DNA of 64,000 nucleotides from NCBI GenBank assembly GCA_965231125.1, contig OZ246414.1:827239-891238 (forward strand), read 5' to 3'. Shown piece by piece: positions 35,759-48,181 of the stretch; the stretch's first letter is position 1, and each line of letters begins with the position of its first letter. Made by a program: the position numbers and the translations under genes. The notes beneath the pieces were generated by a model. That model did no database searches, was not told the DNA's origin, and saw nothing but the letters and a program-made list of their open reading frames with translations. Source of the DNA: an uncultured Gammaproteobacteria bacterium. GTDB lineage: Bacteria > Patescibacteriota > Microgenomatia > Woykebacterales > RBG-16-39-9b.

Positions 35759-38700
35759 ATGCCTACCTCTCTGCCCAAAGAGAATAAGTTAGTACCAATT
35801 GGTGAAGCCGCCGATTTCCTTGGTGTTTCAATTGACACCCTGCGTCGCTGGGACCGCTCTGGTAAACTTCACTCGCACCGCCCCGACAGTAAGAACCGTC
35901 ATTTTTATTTTAATGAGCTAGAACAAATAAAGTTCTCCCAACCGTTCTCGATATCAGAGGCCGCAGCCCGCCTTGGCATCTCCCCCACCACTCTAAGAAG
36001 GCTTGAGAAAAAAGGTTTAGTTACACCAGAAAGGAATAAAAACAGTGAAAGGCTCTACTCGCATGAGTCACTAGAAAAGCTAACCAATTCTCCTCAACTT
36101 CTTCGCCACAATCCTCCTGAAGAAAAAATTATAAGACCATTGGAAAACACAGCGGTCTTACTAAGTAAACAACCGTCAAAGTCGAAGATAAAACCAGAAG
36201 CTTTAGTTGACACTATTGTTGAAACACGAGAAAAAGTTTTAGAGAACTGGGAGAGGGTTCTTGAAGAAAAAGAAAAGGTCATAGAACTTGAGGAAAAGGA
36301 ATTCGAAACAAGAAAAAATCTTAATGCTATTAATAGGGCCAAAAGCCGTTTGTTGCGGTCATTGGCATCGATAGTTCTACTTTTAATAATTACTATCTCA
36401 GCTATCACCACTGCTTATCTTATCAGCCCTGAATCCACGGCTAAATTCTTTGGCTATTACAATCCTCGTAGCTTTCAAAATCAGTCTAGTAAGCCCGCAA
36501 CTTCTTTGGTTGGACAGCGCAGTGGAGAGATCTTGGGAATCCACTATCCAACTAATCTGCCTGCAACATCAAACCCGTTGTCTGACTTACTTAAGCCCCT
36601 AAGCAATGTATCTTTGGCTATCGTTTACCTAGTCAACCGTGAAACTTACAACAAAGTAGTTCCTGCGAAAGTACTAGCAGACGTAAATGAAGCCTTTACA
36701 ATTGATGAGGGAGGAAATCTTGCGCCACTTTACACTATCCGACTTCCCGAGAGTAGTTATCTCGAAGTTCCGGATAAAGGGCTCATCAGCAATCTTAACG
36801 CCGATTATTTACGCGGTAAGGTGCCTGGTAATGAAGAGGGTAACCTAGTTATTTTTGGCGAGGGTGGCTCAGTCGCCAATTTGAAAGTAGATGAGACGAA
36901 CCTTAAGAATGGCTCTGTAAAGGGCGGCCCTGGCGGGGTAATTGCTGACAACACAATCACGGCAAATGATCTAGCACCAGGCATTTCTTTAGGAGGTGGT
37001 GGAAGTGGTGATGTAACGGGAGTTATTGCTGGTGACGGCTTAATCGGCGGCGGAAGCTCCGGAAGCGTAACATTGAATATTGAGGTGGGTAACGGATTAC
37101 AAGTTTCGGCTGATCAACTTAATCTCGATGTGAATACAACCGGAACGACTTCAACTACTTTTGCGAATTCTGGACTGGAAACTAGCAGTAATGGTCTGTC
37201 ATTGCTAAAAGGTTGTGCTGATAACCAAATCTTAAAGTGGGACGCTGGGGCAGTCAGATGGCAATGTGAAGCAGATTCAGGTGGAGGCGGCGGAGGAAGT
37301 ATTGATATTGAAGAAGGTGATGCGACGATAACTTCTGGCGCTGGGTTCCTAGATTTTTTGGCGTCTGACTTTAATGTATCAGACTCGCCTGCTGGCGAGG
37401 CTAATGTCTCTATTGATTATGCAAATAGCGATATAACAAGAAACGACGTGGCCGAAACGATTACTGGAGGTTGGACTTTTAACACAATCCCAACTACCTT
37501 CACTACCGCCATCGATGTTAACTCCGCTTCAACAATCGCTGGGTTAACAGTTGACGGGTCCGGTACATTCACAGCGAACAATGCCGCTACTTTCCTTGGG
37601 AATATTACTGCTAATGACGCTTCGGCGGATACGATACTTATTGGTCAAAACGGTGCCACCGATGACACGGTCACCATCGCTGGCAATATCTCTCTGACTG
37701 ATGATCAGTGGTCTATTTCAGCAACTGGGGTAGCTAGTGGTCTATCCGGAACAAATACTAGTTTAACAGCTGGGGACCTTTCCTGCGCAAATTGTATTGG
37801 TGGTACTGAGATTGATGAATCTACTTTTGGCGCTCTAACTGCCACTTCGCTAACTTCCACTGGGACTCTAGATGTTTCAGGTGTAGCTACCTTTACTGGA
37901 AATATAACGGCAAACGACGCTTCGGCGGATACTATTTTGATTGGGCAATCAGGAGCTACAGACGATACAGTCACGATTGCCGGCAACATTTCCCTTACTG
38001 ATGACCAATGGTCCATTTCGGCTACTGGCGCGGCAAGTGGGCTTTCAGGCACTAACACTGGACTAACTGCTGGTGATCTTTCCTGTACTAATTGTATTGG
38101 CCCAACTGAAATATCCGATTTAACACTAACCGCTGATACTACTGGTGATTATGTGGCCACTATCACTGCTGGTGGCGGACTGACAGGTGATGCAAGCGGT
38201 GAAGGGTCAACACCAACTTTGGCGGTAGGTACTGGCTCTGGAATTACTGTCAATGCCGACGATGTGGCAGTAAACCAGAACTTCTCCTTTGCCTGGACAG
38301 CCGATCATACTTGGACGTTAGCTGGCGCCGAAGATTTGGCTATCAGTCATGACGGTACTGGCGGGGCGGTTGATATTGTGAACATTTCGGCTACTCCCTC
38401 CTCAAGCGCTGGGGCTATGAATGGTCTAGTTATCACTCAAGCTAATTCGGCGAACACTAATCCCCTTGATGCTGGGTTGCGGATCAACAATGCTGATACT
38501 AATCTAGCTATACCAGCGGCAATTCAGATAGCTAACACAGGCGGTGGTGGCTACACTACCATTATAGATAATGCGGGTACTTTGATTTCTGGTACCGAAC
38601 TTAATGTCCTGGACTCTGGAATTGATGAGTCTGAAGTAACCGGTGATATTGAAGCTGTAACAGCCGGTTCAGGACTAACTGGAGGCGGAGCCGCTGACTC

Positions 38701-41700
38701 AGTCACCCTAAATATTGGAGCCGGAGACGGTATTACTGTTAATGCTGACTCCATACAAGTAAGACTGGATACTACTGCCGCTGATGGAGCAACTACTTCC
38801 TCTGTCTCTGGTATGGAGTTTGTGGGTGGAGAACTATCTCTGATCCGGGGCTGTGCTGCCGGCGGCATCCTTGAATGGGATAATGTCGCCTTTGAGTGGG
38901 ATTGTGGTGTTGATGATACTGGAGGAGGTGGGGCTAATAGTTTCGAAACCATCAATGCCCCAGCTGGGACTGACCCAGTGGCTGACTCTGCTACTGACAC
39001 CCTTAACCTGACCGTGACTGAGGCTAACTTAACCATTACTGGTAACTCTGGAACAGATACTCTTGACTTTGATATATCCGAGGCTACCCTAGCCGGAGCA
39101 GGACTCGCCGCCAACGGTGATGCACTGGACGTAGGGGCTGGAGACGGGATTAGCGTGGCCGCCGACTCGGTAGCTGTAAGGCTAGATACTACTGCAGCCG
39201 ATGGGGCGACTACTTCATCGGTCTCTGGTATGGAGTTTGCGGGAGGTGAATTATCTTTAATTAGAGGCTGTGCCGCTGGTGGAATACTGGAATGGGATAA
39301 CGTAGCCTTTGAGTGGGACTGTGGGGTAGATGACACTGGCGGTGGTGGGGCGAACTCCTTCGAGACCATCAACGCTCCAGCTGGGACTGACCCGGTCGCC
39401 GATTCCGCTACTGACACTCTTAACCTGACCGTGACTGGGGCTAACCTGACCATTACCGGAACTGCGGGTACTGATACCCTTGACTTTGATATATCCGAGG
39501 CAACTCTTGCCGGGGCAGGCCTCACCGCCAACGGGGACGCCCTGGACGTGGGTGCCGGGACCGGAATAACCGTTAACGCTAATGACGTGGCCGTCAACAC
39601 TGGGGCGGCCTTTGCCTGGACTGGTCTCCACTCCTGGACTAACACTCTCACTAATGATAGTAGTAGTCAGGATATTAACCTTACTCTTGGTGCCGACGCG
39701 GATGCCGATATCATTTCCGGCCTTAATATTGACGTCACTTCCGCCGCGACGGGAGACGCCGATCTGCTTTACGGGATAAATATAGGGAACGTGACCTCTG
39801 CTGATGGGACGGTTGTGGAGACTGCCCTGCGTATTGGTGAAGACTGGGAGAACGCGGTGGAAGTAGAAGGGTCAACTAACGACGCCGTCGAGACTTACCT
39901 GGTCTTTACGGATCCGACGGTTTCCGATAAAACGATTACCTTCCCTAACGAGACCGGCACGGTTTGTACCACGGGTAGTGTCTGTTCTGGTTACCAAGCC
40001 TCAGGCTCTTTTGTGCCTACCACGCGAACCTTGACCGCCGGTGACGGACTTTCCGGTGGCGGCGATCTCTCCGCCGACCGTTCCTTTGCGGTTAACACTG
40101 CTTCGGGTATAACCACCTCGGCTGACAACGTGGTTCTGGACCTTACTTACGCGGCCGCCTGGACTGGTCTCCACTCCTGGACTAACACTCTCACTAATGA
40201 TAGTAGTAGTCAGGATATTAACCTTACTCTTGGTGCCGACGCGGATGCCGATATCATTTCCGGCCTTAATATTGACGTCACTTCCGCCGCGACGGGAGAC
40301 GCCGATCTGCTTTACGGGATAAATATAGGGAACGTGACCTCTGCTGATGGGACGGTTGTGGAGACTGCCCTGCGTATTGGTGAAGACTGGGAGAACGCGG
40401 TGGAAGTAGAAGGGTCAACTAACGACGCCGTCGAGACTTACCTGGTCTTTACGGATCCGACGGTTTCCGATAAAACGATTACCATACCCAACCGCTCTGG
40501 TACAGTCTCCCTCTCTGGAGATACCTTTACGGGAGACGTGACTGGTACCTTAAATAGTAGTGGAGCCACTGCTTTAACTGTCGCTAGTGACGCTGTTGCT
40601 CTAACGACTGATACTACTGGTGATTATGTATCCTCAGCTACTGCAAGCGGTGGGCTTACTCTAACTGGCACCGAAGGTGCATCACTAGGTATTGACCTGT
40701 CTAGTGGAGACGGTGCTGGTGGCACATCCAGCGGTTCAGGCCTAGAATTAGACGCCAACGGAGTCGGACTACTACAAGGTTGTGGTATTAACGAGATTCT
40801 TAAATGGAATGATGGTGCTTCCACTTGGGGTTGTGCCACGGATGTCTCCGGTGGTACTCCTTCCCTAGATACTATCAGTGCCGCACTCGCCAATGGAAGT
40901 GCTCAAGATTCTAATGCTTTTACCATTAACTGGAACTGGGATTTTCAAGCTGCCGCCGTTGACTCCGGTCTTAATATCTCGGAATCATCAAATTCGACGC
41001 TCGGCACCCAAGACCAACAGGCCCTGGTTGAGATAACAACCCTTGCCAACTCCACTGCCTCACCTTTGCAAGTCACCGCTGGCGGGACTGCTGCCGGTGA
41101 TGTCTGGTTCGATTTAAGCGGCACTTCAGATTTTGAAATCCGCGATGCTGGGACCGCATTTGCCATTTTCAAAAATGATTCGACTACTGACTGGGTTTTA
41201 CCAGCTGCTGGTGACATTGCGATTGACGCGGCGACGACCGACACCACCACCACCGCTGGCGTTTTGGATCTTAACATTGACGCTGGTAACGCTGCTGTTG
41301 ATGGTATCAATATTGACATGGAAGCCGCGGGTGCTATTACTGCGGGTACTGACATTACAGCTTTGGAAATTCTCCTAACCGCAACTGACACCGATGCTGA
41401 TCTATTTGGTATTACCATAGACACTCATGCTACGGCAGGTATTGCTAGTTCATATGATGCTGGCATTAAGATTAACAATCAAGATGACACCGGCGGATCC
41501 ATGCTAGATGGAATTATTATTACAGCCAATACCGATACCGCTATCACCGACGGTCTTGATGTATCGGATGCGGAAATTGTGAATGCTATTAACATTGGTG
41601 GAAATGCCATTGCCGGAACAAACTTTGCTGTCAGTGCTGCTGGCGCCATCACCGCCGCGACAGGCATCACCTCCTCTGGAACAATCACACTTTCCGGTCT

Positions 41701-43504
41701 TGTCAGCTGTGCTGGAATAAAGACGGACGGCTCTGGTGTCTTGAGTTGTAATGCTGCGGTACCAAAATCCCTGGCTGGTACTTGGACCGAAGTTAATACC
41801 GCTGCTAGCCAAACCGATGGAAATATGGATCGAGTCGTGTCTTCCATCCTTCCTGCTGGCGCCAGTCAGGTTAACTCGATCAGGATGCCGTTTGCTGGTT
41901 CTGTCCGGGGTATTTCGGTATCCCTTTCGGCTGCCAGAAGTGCTGACACATTGACTGTTACTGCTTTCGTAAACGGTGCAAGTGTAGGTTTCACCTGCTT
42001 GATTGACGGAACTAACACTCAACGCAACCAGTGCTCTCAAGCTACCGGGCTTGATACCTTTGTTGCCGGTGATACCCTTGAGGCAAAATATAGCACTGGC
42101 GCAAGCTTTGCACCGACTACAGCAGAAATCGAGGTCGAGCTGTGGGTTGACTGGTCAGGAGCAGATGTCGCCGAGATGTACCAGACGAACGATTTTAGCG
42201 TAGAAGCCGGCCACCTAGTCAGCATTGATCCCCAAATCGCTGTCGGAGTCAAGAAGAGCGAGGGAGCGTATGACAAAAATATCGTTGGCGTGATCTCCAC
42301 CGCCGCCGGCTTGACATTAAACGAAGGACTTAATAGTCCAGGCAATGAGGTAAAAGTGGCTTTGGCAGGCCAGGCGCCGGTTTATGTGACCACCGAGAAC
42401 GGGCCTATTAGCGCGGGCGACTACATTACCTCCTCCTCCATCCCGGGAATTGCCATGAAGGCCACCAAAGCAGGGCCCGTAGTCGGTAGGGCCATGACTA
42501 ACTTTGATGGCGATAGAGTGGGTTGGGTGGTTGTCTTTGTCAGCCCCGGGTACTATAACGGTACAAATTTGGCCGGTCTTTTGCCTGATTTAACTACCGA
42601 ATCTAGCTCGCCCGAAAGTTCGACAAGCTCACCACAAGATTTTGGTAAGCAAATCCTAGGTCAACTGCTTACTCAGAAAGATCAACTTACTACTTCAGTC
42701 AATTTCTCGGAAATATTCACTGACCGTCTTGCTGCTGGTCTTGAGATTATTACTCCAAAAATTACCGCCGAAGAGCTGGCGCTTACTGGTAAATTTACCA
42801 TGGTAGATGAAACTGGAAAAGAGACGGTTAGTGTTGACTCCGCCGGCAACGCCTTCTTTGCCGGCACCATTACGGCGGATAAGATTAAAGCAAACCAAAT
42901 TGAAGGTCTGGAAATTATAACTGATAAAATAACCAGCCTTTCGGATAAGTTAGCCAAAATTAGCAGTGCACCTAGTGAAGTGCTACCTTCGGGAGAGGCA
43001 ACCGAAAGCGCATCTAGTATAACGGCTGTAAGTGCCGATAATTCACAAGATCTGGGTAATATAAATGTAGAGTCTGCTAAGGTGGCTCTAGATATGTCTG
43101 TCTTGGGCAATCTGGAGGCTCAAGGAGGATTAGTTGTTGGTGGCCCAGCGGAGTTTAAAGGTGAGTCAGTATTTGAGAAGCTGGCCACATTTGTCGGCAA
43201 CGTAATCTTCCGCGGTGACGTCCAGTTTCTGGGACGGCCAACCTTTAATAAAGACACAGCCGGAACTGCAGTGGTAAAGGCTGGTGATACAGAAGTTGAA
43301 GTCCAATTTGAGCGGGAGTATGAAAACCCACCAGTCGTTACTGCCAGCTTAAACCTATCAGAGGATACCGCAAGTCAAGTACTTACCAGTGCACCCTCTT
43401 ATGGAGTAATATCGGCAACAACTAAAGGATTCAAAATACGTCTTGCTGCTGCGGCGACAAGTGACCTGCAGTTTTCTTGGATGGCAATCTCTGTAAAGCA
43501 GTGA
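35759..43504 (+). CDS. Giant (2581 aa) membrane protein. It has two N-terminal cytoplasmic MerR/excisionase-type HTH domains, a charged coiled region, one TM helix and a >2300-aa Gly/Thr/Asp/Ala-rich repetitive extracellular region. It ends in a conserved C-terminal domain.
   Basis: HTH1 IGEAADFLGVSIDTLRRWDRSGKL. HTH2 ISEAAARLGISPTTLRRLEKKGLV...ERLYSHESL. TM LLRSLASIVLLLIITISAITTAYLI. Recurrent GC..G.ILKW...W.C..D.GGGG motifs. Internal tandem repeats. Confidence 0.8.
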   Translation: MPTSLPKENKLVPIGEAADFLGVSIDTLRRWDRSGKLHSHRPDSKNRHFYFNELEQIKFSQPFSISEAAARLGISPTTLRRLEKKGLVTPERNKNSERLYSHESLEKLTNSPQLLRHNPPEEKIIRPLENTAVLLSKQPSKSKIKPEALVDTIVETREKVLENWERVLEEKEKVIELEEKEFETRKNLNAINRAKSRLLRSLASIVLLLIITISAITTAYLISPESTAKFFGYYNPRSFQNQSSKPATSLVGQRSGEILGIHYPTNLPATSNPLSDLLKPLSNVSLAIVYLVNRETYNKVVPAKVLADVNEAFTIDEGGNLAPLYTIRLPESSYLEVPDKGLISNLNADYLRGKVPGNEEGNLVIFGEGGSVANLKVDETNLKNGSVKGGPGGVIADNTITANDLAPGISLGGGGSGDVTGVIAGDGLIGGGSSGSVTLNIEVGNGLQVSADQLNLDVNTTGTTSTTFANSGLETSSNGLSLLKGCADNQILKWDAGAVRWQCEADSGGGGGGSIDIEEGDATITSGAGFLDFLASDFNVSDSPAGEANVSIDYANSDITRNDVAETITGGWTFNTIPTTFTTAIDVNSASTIAGLTVDGSGTFTANNAATFLGNITANDASADTILIGQNGATDDTVTIAGNISLTDDQWSISATGVASGLSGTNTSLTAGDLSCANCIGGTEIDESTFGALTATSLTSTGTLDVSGVATFTGNITANDASADTILIGQSGATDDTVTIAGNISLTDDQWSISATGAASGLSGTNTGLTAGDLSCTNCIGPTEISDLTLTADTTGDYVATITAGGGLTGDASGEGSTPTLAVGTGSGITVNADDVAVNQNFSFAWTADHTWTLAGAEDLAISHDGTGGAVDIVNISATPSSSAGAMNGLVITQANSANTNPLDAGLRINNADTNLAIPAAIQIANTGGGGYTTIIDNAGTLISGTELNVLDSGIDESEVTGDIEAVTAGSGLTGGGAADSVTLNIGAGDGITVNADSIQVRLDTTAADGATTSSVSGMEFVGGELSLIRGCAAGGILEWDNVAFEWDCGVDDTGGGGANSFETINAPAGTDPVADSATDTLNLTVTEANLTITGNSGTDTLDFDISEATLAGAGLAANGDALDVGAGDGISVAADSVAVRLDTTAADGATTSSVSGMEFAGGELSLIRGCAAGGILEWDNVAFEWDCGVDDTGGGGANSFETINAPAGTDPVADSATDTLNLTVTGANLTITGTAGTDTLDFDISEATLAGAGLTANGDALDVGAGTGITVNANDVAVNTGAAFAWTGLHSWTNTLTNDSSSQDINLTLGADADADIISGLNIDVTSAATGDADLLYGINIGNVTSADGTVVETALRIGEDWENAVEVEGSTNDAVETYLVFTDPTVSDKTITFPNETGTVCTTGSVCSGYQASGSFVPTTRTLTAGDGLSGGGDLSADRSFAVNTASGITTSADNVVLDLTYAAAWTGLHSWTNTLTNDSSSQDINLTLGADADADIISGLNIDVTSAATGDADLLYGINIGNVTSADGTVVETALRIGEDWENAVEVEGSTNDAVETYLVFTDPTVSDKTITIPNRSGTVSLSGDTFTGDVTGTLNSSGATALTVASDAVALTTDTTGDYVSSATASGGLTLTGTEGASLGIDLSSGDGAGGTSSGSGLELDANGVGLLQGCGINEILKWNDGASTWGCATDVSGGTPSLDTISAALANGSAQDSNAFTINWNWDFQAAAVDSGLNISESSNSTLGTQDQQALVEITTLANSTASPLQVTAGGTAAGDVWFDLSGTSDFEIRDAGTAFAIFKNDSTTDWVLPAAGDIAIDAATTDTTTTAGVLDLNIDAGNAAVDGINIDMEAAGAITAGTDITALEILLTATDTDADLFGITIDTHATAGIASSYDAGIKINNQDDTGGSMLDGIIITANTDTAITDGLDVSDAEIVNAINIGGNAIAGTNFAVSAAGAITAATGITSSGTITLSGLVSCAGIKTDGSGVLSCNAAVPKSLAGTWTEVNTAASQTDGNMDRVVSSILPAGASQVNSIRMPFAGSVRGISVSLSAARSADTLTVTAFVNGASVGFTCLIDGTNTQRNQCSQATGLDTFVAGDTLEAKYSTGASFAPTTAEIEVELWVDWSGADVAEMYQTNDFSVEAGHLVSIDPQIAVGVKKSEGAYDKNIVGVISTAAGLTLNEGLNSPGNEVKVALAGQAPVYVTTENGPISAGDYITSSSIPGIAMKATKAGPVVGRAMTNFDGDRVGWVVVFVSPGYYNGTNLAGLLPDLTTESSSPESSTSSPQDFGKQILGQLLTQKDQLTTSVNFSEIFTDRLAAGLEIITPKITAEELALTGKFTMVDETGKETVSVDSAGNAFFAGTITADKIKANQIEGLEIITDKITSLSDKLAKISSAPSEVLPSGEATESASSITAVSADNSQDLGNINVESAKVALDMSVLGNLEAQGGLVVGGPAEFKGESVFEKLATFVGNVIFRGDVQFLGRPTFNKDTAGTAVVKAGDTEVEVQFEREYENPPVVTASLNLSEDTASQVLTSAPSYGVISATTKGFKIRLAAAATSDLQFSWMAISVKQ
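39614..40495 (+). repeat. Exact ~339-bp direct repeat (39614-39952 and 40157-40495) inside giant gene 1, alongside older diverged tandem repeats (37598-38110; 38716-39555).
   Basis: The two copies read identically base for base (gcctggactggtctccactcctggactaacactctcactaatgatagtagtagtcagg ... aaaacgattacc). Confidence 0.75.
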
Positions 43505-43604
43505 TCAAGCTATTAGCCTGCCTACACCTATGCAAAGCTTAACCAATGCATATGGACGCCTTTGTGCTATTGACAAACAAGAAAGCGACAAGTAAGATTT
43601 ATTA

Positions 43605-44042
43605 ATGACCATCCTTACCTGGATAAAACCTTTCTTAAATCTCAAGATCCTTATAATTATTATCTTAATAATCGCTGGTGTCGGTGGGACAGGCTATTTT
43701 TACACAAATTACCAAAAATCACAATCAGAACTTCAGCGGTTTAGGAACGATCCTAAGGAGTTAGTAAAGGAAGAAAACAAACGGTTAATAGAAACTGTAG
43801 GTAAGCTTGTTGAACTACCAAAAGGTGAGGATCCAATCATAGCTACGGTTAACGATATACGCAAACTTAAAGGTCAGCCCTTTTTCATTAAAGCCCTGAA
43901 CGGAGATAAGGTTTTGATCTATACTAAGGCCAAGGAAGCTATTCTTTACCGTCCAAGTACTAACAAAATCATTGAGATAGCGCCGGTTAATCTTGGAGAA
44001 GGTAAATCTAAGTCTGCAACAAGCTCCGCAACAAAACCATAA
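43605..44042 (+). CDS. Hypothetical membrane-anchored protein (145 aa) downstream of giant gene 1.
   Basis: N-terminal TM helix and a soluble Lys-rich domain. No recognisable motif. Confidence 0.5.
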   Translation: MTILTWIKPFLNLKILIIIILIIAGVGGTGYFYTNYQKSQSELQRFRNDPKELVKEENKRLIETVGKLVELPKGEDPIIATVNDIRKLKGQPFFIKALNGDKVLIYTKAKEAILYRPSTNKIIEIAPVNLGEGKSKSATSSATKP

Positions 44043-44066
44043 TCTAGACAGAAACGCGCGAACTTC

Positions 44067-44345
44067 CTAGACCCCTAGGAAAACTCTCACAACATTACCG
44101 CTTACTTCCAAAATACCTCCGCCGAAGTTATAAGTAAACTTATTGCCAGATTCTGGTGTAATTGAGATTTTATTTTTTATCAAACTGATTAAATTCGCGT
44201 GCATCGGCAAGACATCCAAAGCCCCCAGATCGTTTTCCGTGCTAACAGAAAAAGCTCTTCCGTGAAAATCCGGATCTTTACTGAAAGAATGCCACATGAT
44301 GTGAATTTCCAGTTGATTTTTGCTACCTAAAGATGGGTTAGACAT
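44067..44345 (-). CDS. atpC: F-type ATP synthase epsilon subunit (short; beta-sandwich domain only)
   Basis: Position after atpD, and epsilon-like N-domain sequence. Confidence 0.6.
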   Translation of the reverse strand: MSNPSLGSKNQLEIHIMWHSFSKDPDFHGRAFSVSTENDLGALDVLPMHANLISLIKNKISITPESGNKFTYNFGGGILEVSGNVVRVFLGV

Positions 44346-44366
44346 CGTAGAACTGGTTTGAATATG

Positions 44367-46605
<2,239 letters not shown>

Positions 46606-46648
46606 GCTGGCAAAAACTCAAATTTTAAAACTAAAATTTCAAATTAGT

Positions 46649-48181
46649 TTAAATAGTTGAACTTTGGATTTTGACATTTGGATTTTCAATAGCAACACCA
46701 TCTTTCCGCGGAGGGCTCGAGTAAAGTGCATTTTCGATATTACCTTGTATCTGACCAACCAGGTATTTTAGGTTCTCCAAATTTGAGGCCTCTAAAACTT
46801 TGGAAACTACATCCCCCAGCATAGAGTTGTTGTAAGCCTTGACTATTTTTTCCCTTTCAACGCGAACTTGCTCGATGGGTTTGGAAACCCAAAAATCATT
46901 TAAAAGTAGGCCAAAAATCACTAGGGCAAGCGGTTTAGGAATTAAGGTGTCGCTTTCCTGATAAAAAATAGCTTCCAATCTCTCCCCTATGTTCAGATCG
47001 GAACGTGTCTGCAAGGGCAGGTCAAAACCAAAATGAGCTATTTCAAGGGCCTTACGATAGCGACTAAGCTTGTCAGCCAGAGTTTTTCTAATTTCTTTCT
47101 CTAGCAGAGTTTGAGTCTGATTGCCAACTCTTGTAACTGACAAAGGAGTGTTTATTGCCGGCCGGTGCCCCTTTTTAAACTCATCATGATCAAAAAACAG
47201 GTGACCGTCTGTCATAGCCATGACATTCGTCGGCAAAAATCCAGTCAGATCCCCTTGCACAGTCTCAATAATTGGGAAGGCAGTTATACTTTTGGAACGA
47301 TGGTCCTTTTTGAAATTACCAGCTCTCTCAATAAGCTTGGCATGAACATTAAATATATCTCCAGGATAAGACTCTCTAGACGGCATCCTTTTTGAAATAA
47401 GCGATATTTCTCGGTAAAATTTAGCGTGGGTTGTTAAATCATCGAGAATAATTACCACTTCGTTTCCCTGATCTCGGAAAAACTCGGCAACTGTAAACCC
47501 CGTAAAGGGCGCAAGAAAAACCAGTGAAGCTGGGTCGGCCGAGCTGGTAAAAATTATGACGCTTCGTTTCATCACGCCCATTTTTCTAAAATAGTCTTCA
47601 ACAAACTTAACATCAGTCTTTTTCTTACCGATTGCTACATAGATACAAATCGCTCCTTTTAGAACTTGAGAGGTGGCCGTTTGTAACAAAAAAGTAGTTC
47701 TTCCTGTTTTCTGATCTCCGATTACAAGCTCCCTTTGACCTTTACCCAAAGGTATTAAGAAATCTACTAAGCTGACGCCAGATTCTAATTGCTCATTTAC
47801 CCTAACTCTTTCCCTTATACCTGGAGCGTCTCGATGCAACGGAAGTGAAACCTTATACCCACCGACAGGAGGAAGACCATCTACCGGCTCCAGGAACGGG
47901 TCTACAACTCTACCTAAAAGCTCGGTGGAAACCGGTACTTTAACAATATCGTTCGTTCTAGTTACTCTAGTGCCTGGTATAATTCTTTTTGATGACAGTA
48001 TTAAAATCTCAATAAGATCTTTCTCGATATCTTGAACCAGGCCCTTTTCTCCATCTTCCGTTATAACTAATTCATTCGGACGAGCCTTAGGCAGTCCCGA
48101 AACATAAATTACGGATTGAAATATAGATTCAACTTGACCAATTTCACCAGATTCTTGCAAATATTCATCAAAACTTTTCAT
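46649..48181 (-). CDS. atpA: F-type ATP synthase alpha subunit. Start trimmed to MKSFDEYLQ; the ORF is open to 48304.
   Basis: GDQKTGRTTF P-loop and the alpha-subunit ILDDLTTHAKFYREISL region. Confidence 0.9.
   Translation of the reverse strand: MKSFDEYLQESGEIGQVESIFQSVIYVSGLPKARPNELVITEDGEKGLVQDIEKDLIEILILSSKRIIPGTRVTRTNDIVKVPVSTELLGRVVDPFLEPVDGLPPVGGYKVSLPLHRDAPGIRERVRVNEQLESGVSLVDFLIPLGKGQRELVIGDQKTGRTTFLLQTATSQVLKGAICIYVAIGKKKTDVKFVEDYFRKMGVMKRSVIIFTSSADPASLVFLAPFTGFTVAEFFRDQGNEVVIILDDLTTHAKFYREISLISKRMPSRESYPGDIFNVHAKLIERAGNFKKDHRSKSITAFPIIETVQGDLTGFLPTNVMAMTDGHLFFDHDEFKKGHRPAINTPLSVTRVGNQTQTLLEKEIRKTLADKLSRYRKALEIAHFGFDLPLQTRSDLNIGERLEAIFYQESDTLIPKPLALVIFGLLLNDFWVSKPIEQVRVEREKIVKAYNNSMLGDVVSKVLEASNLENLKYLVGQIQGNIENALYSSPPRKDGVAIENPNVKIQSSTI

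Noticed and set aside
38551-39651. 366-aa and other long antisense ORFs inside giant gene 1 (and 52632-56210 inside giant gene 2)
   Set aside because: GC-rich repetitive coding sequence lacks stops on the antisense strand. Antisense translations are Pro/Ser/Ala/Val low complexity with no starts or SDs. The sense ORFs carry the domain logic.
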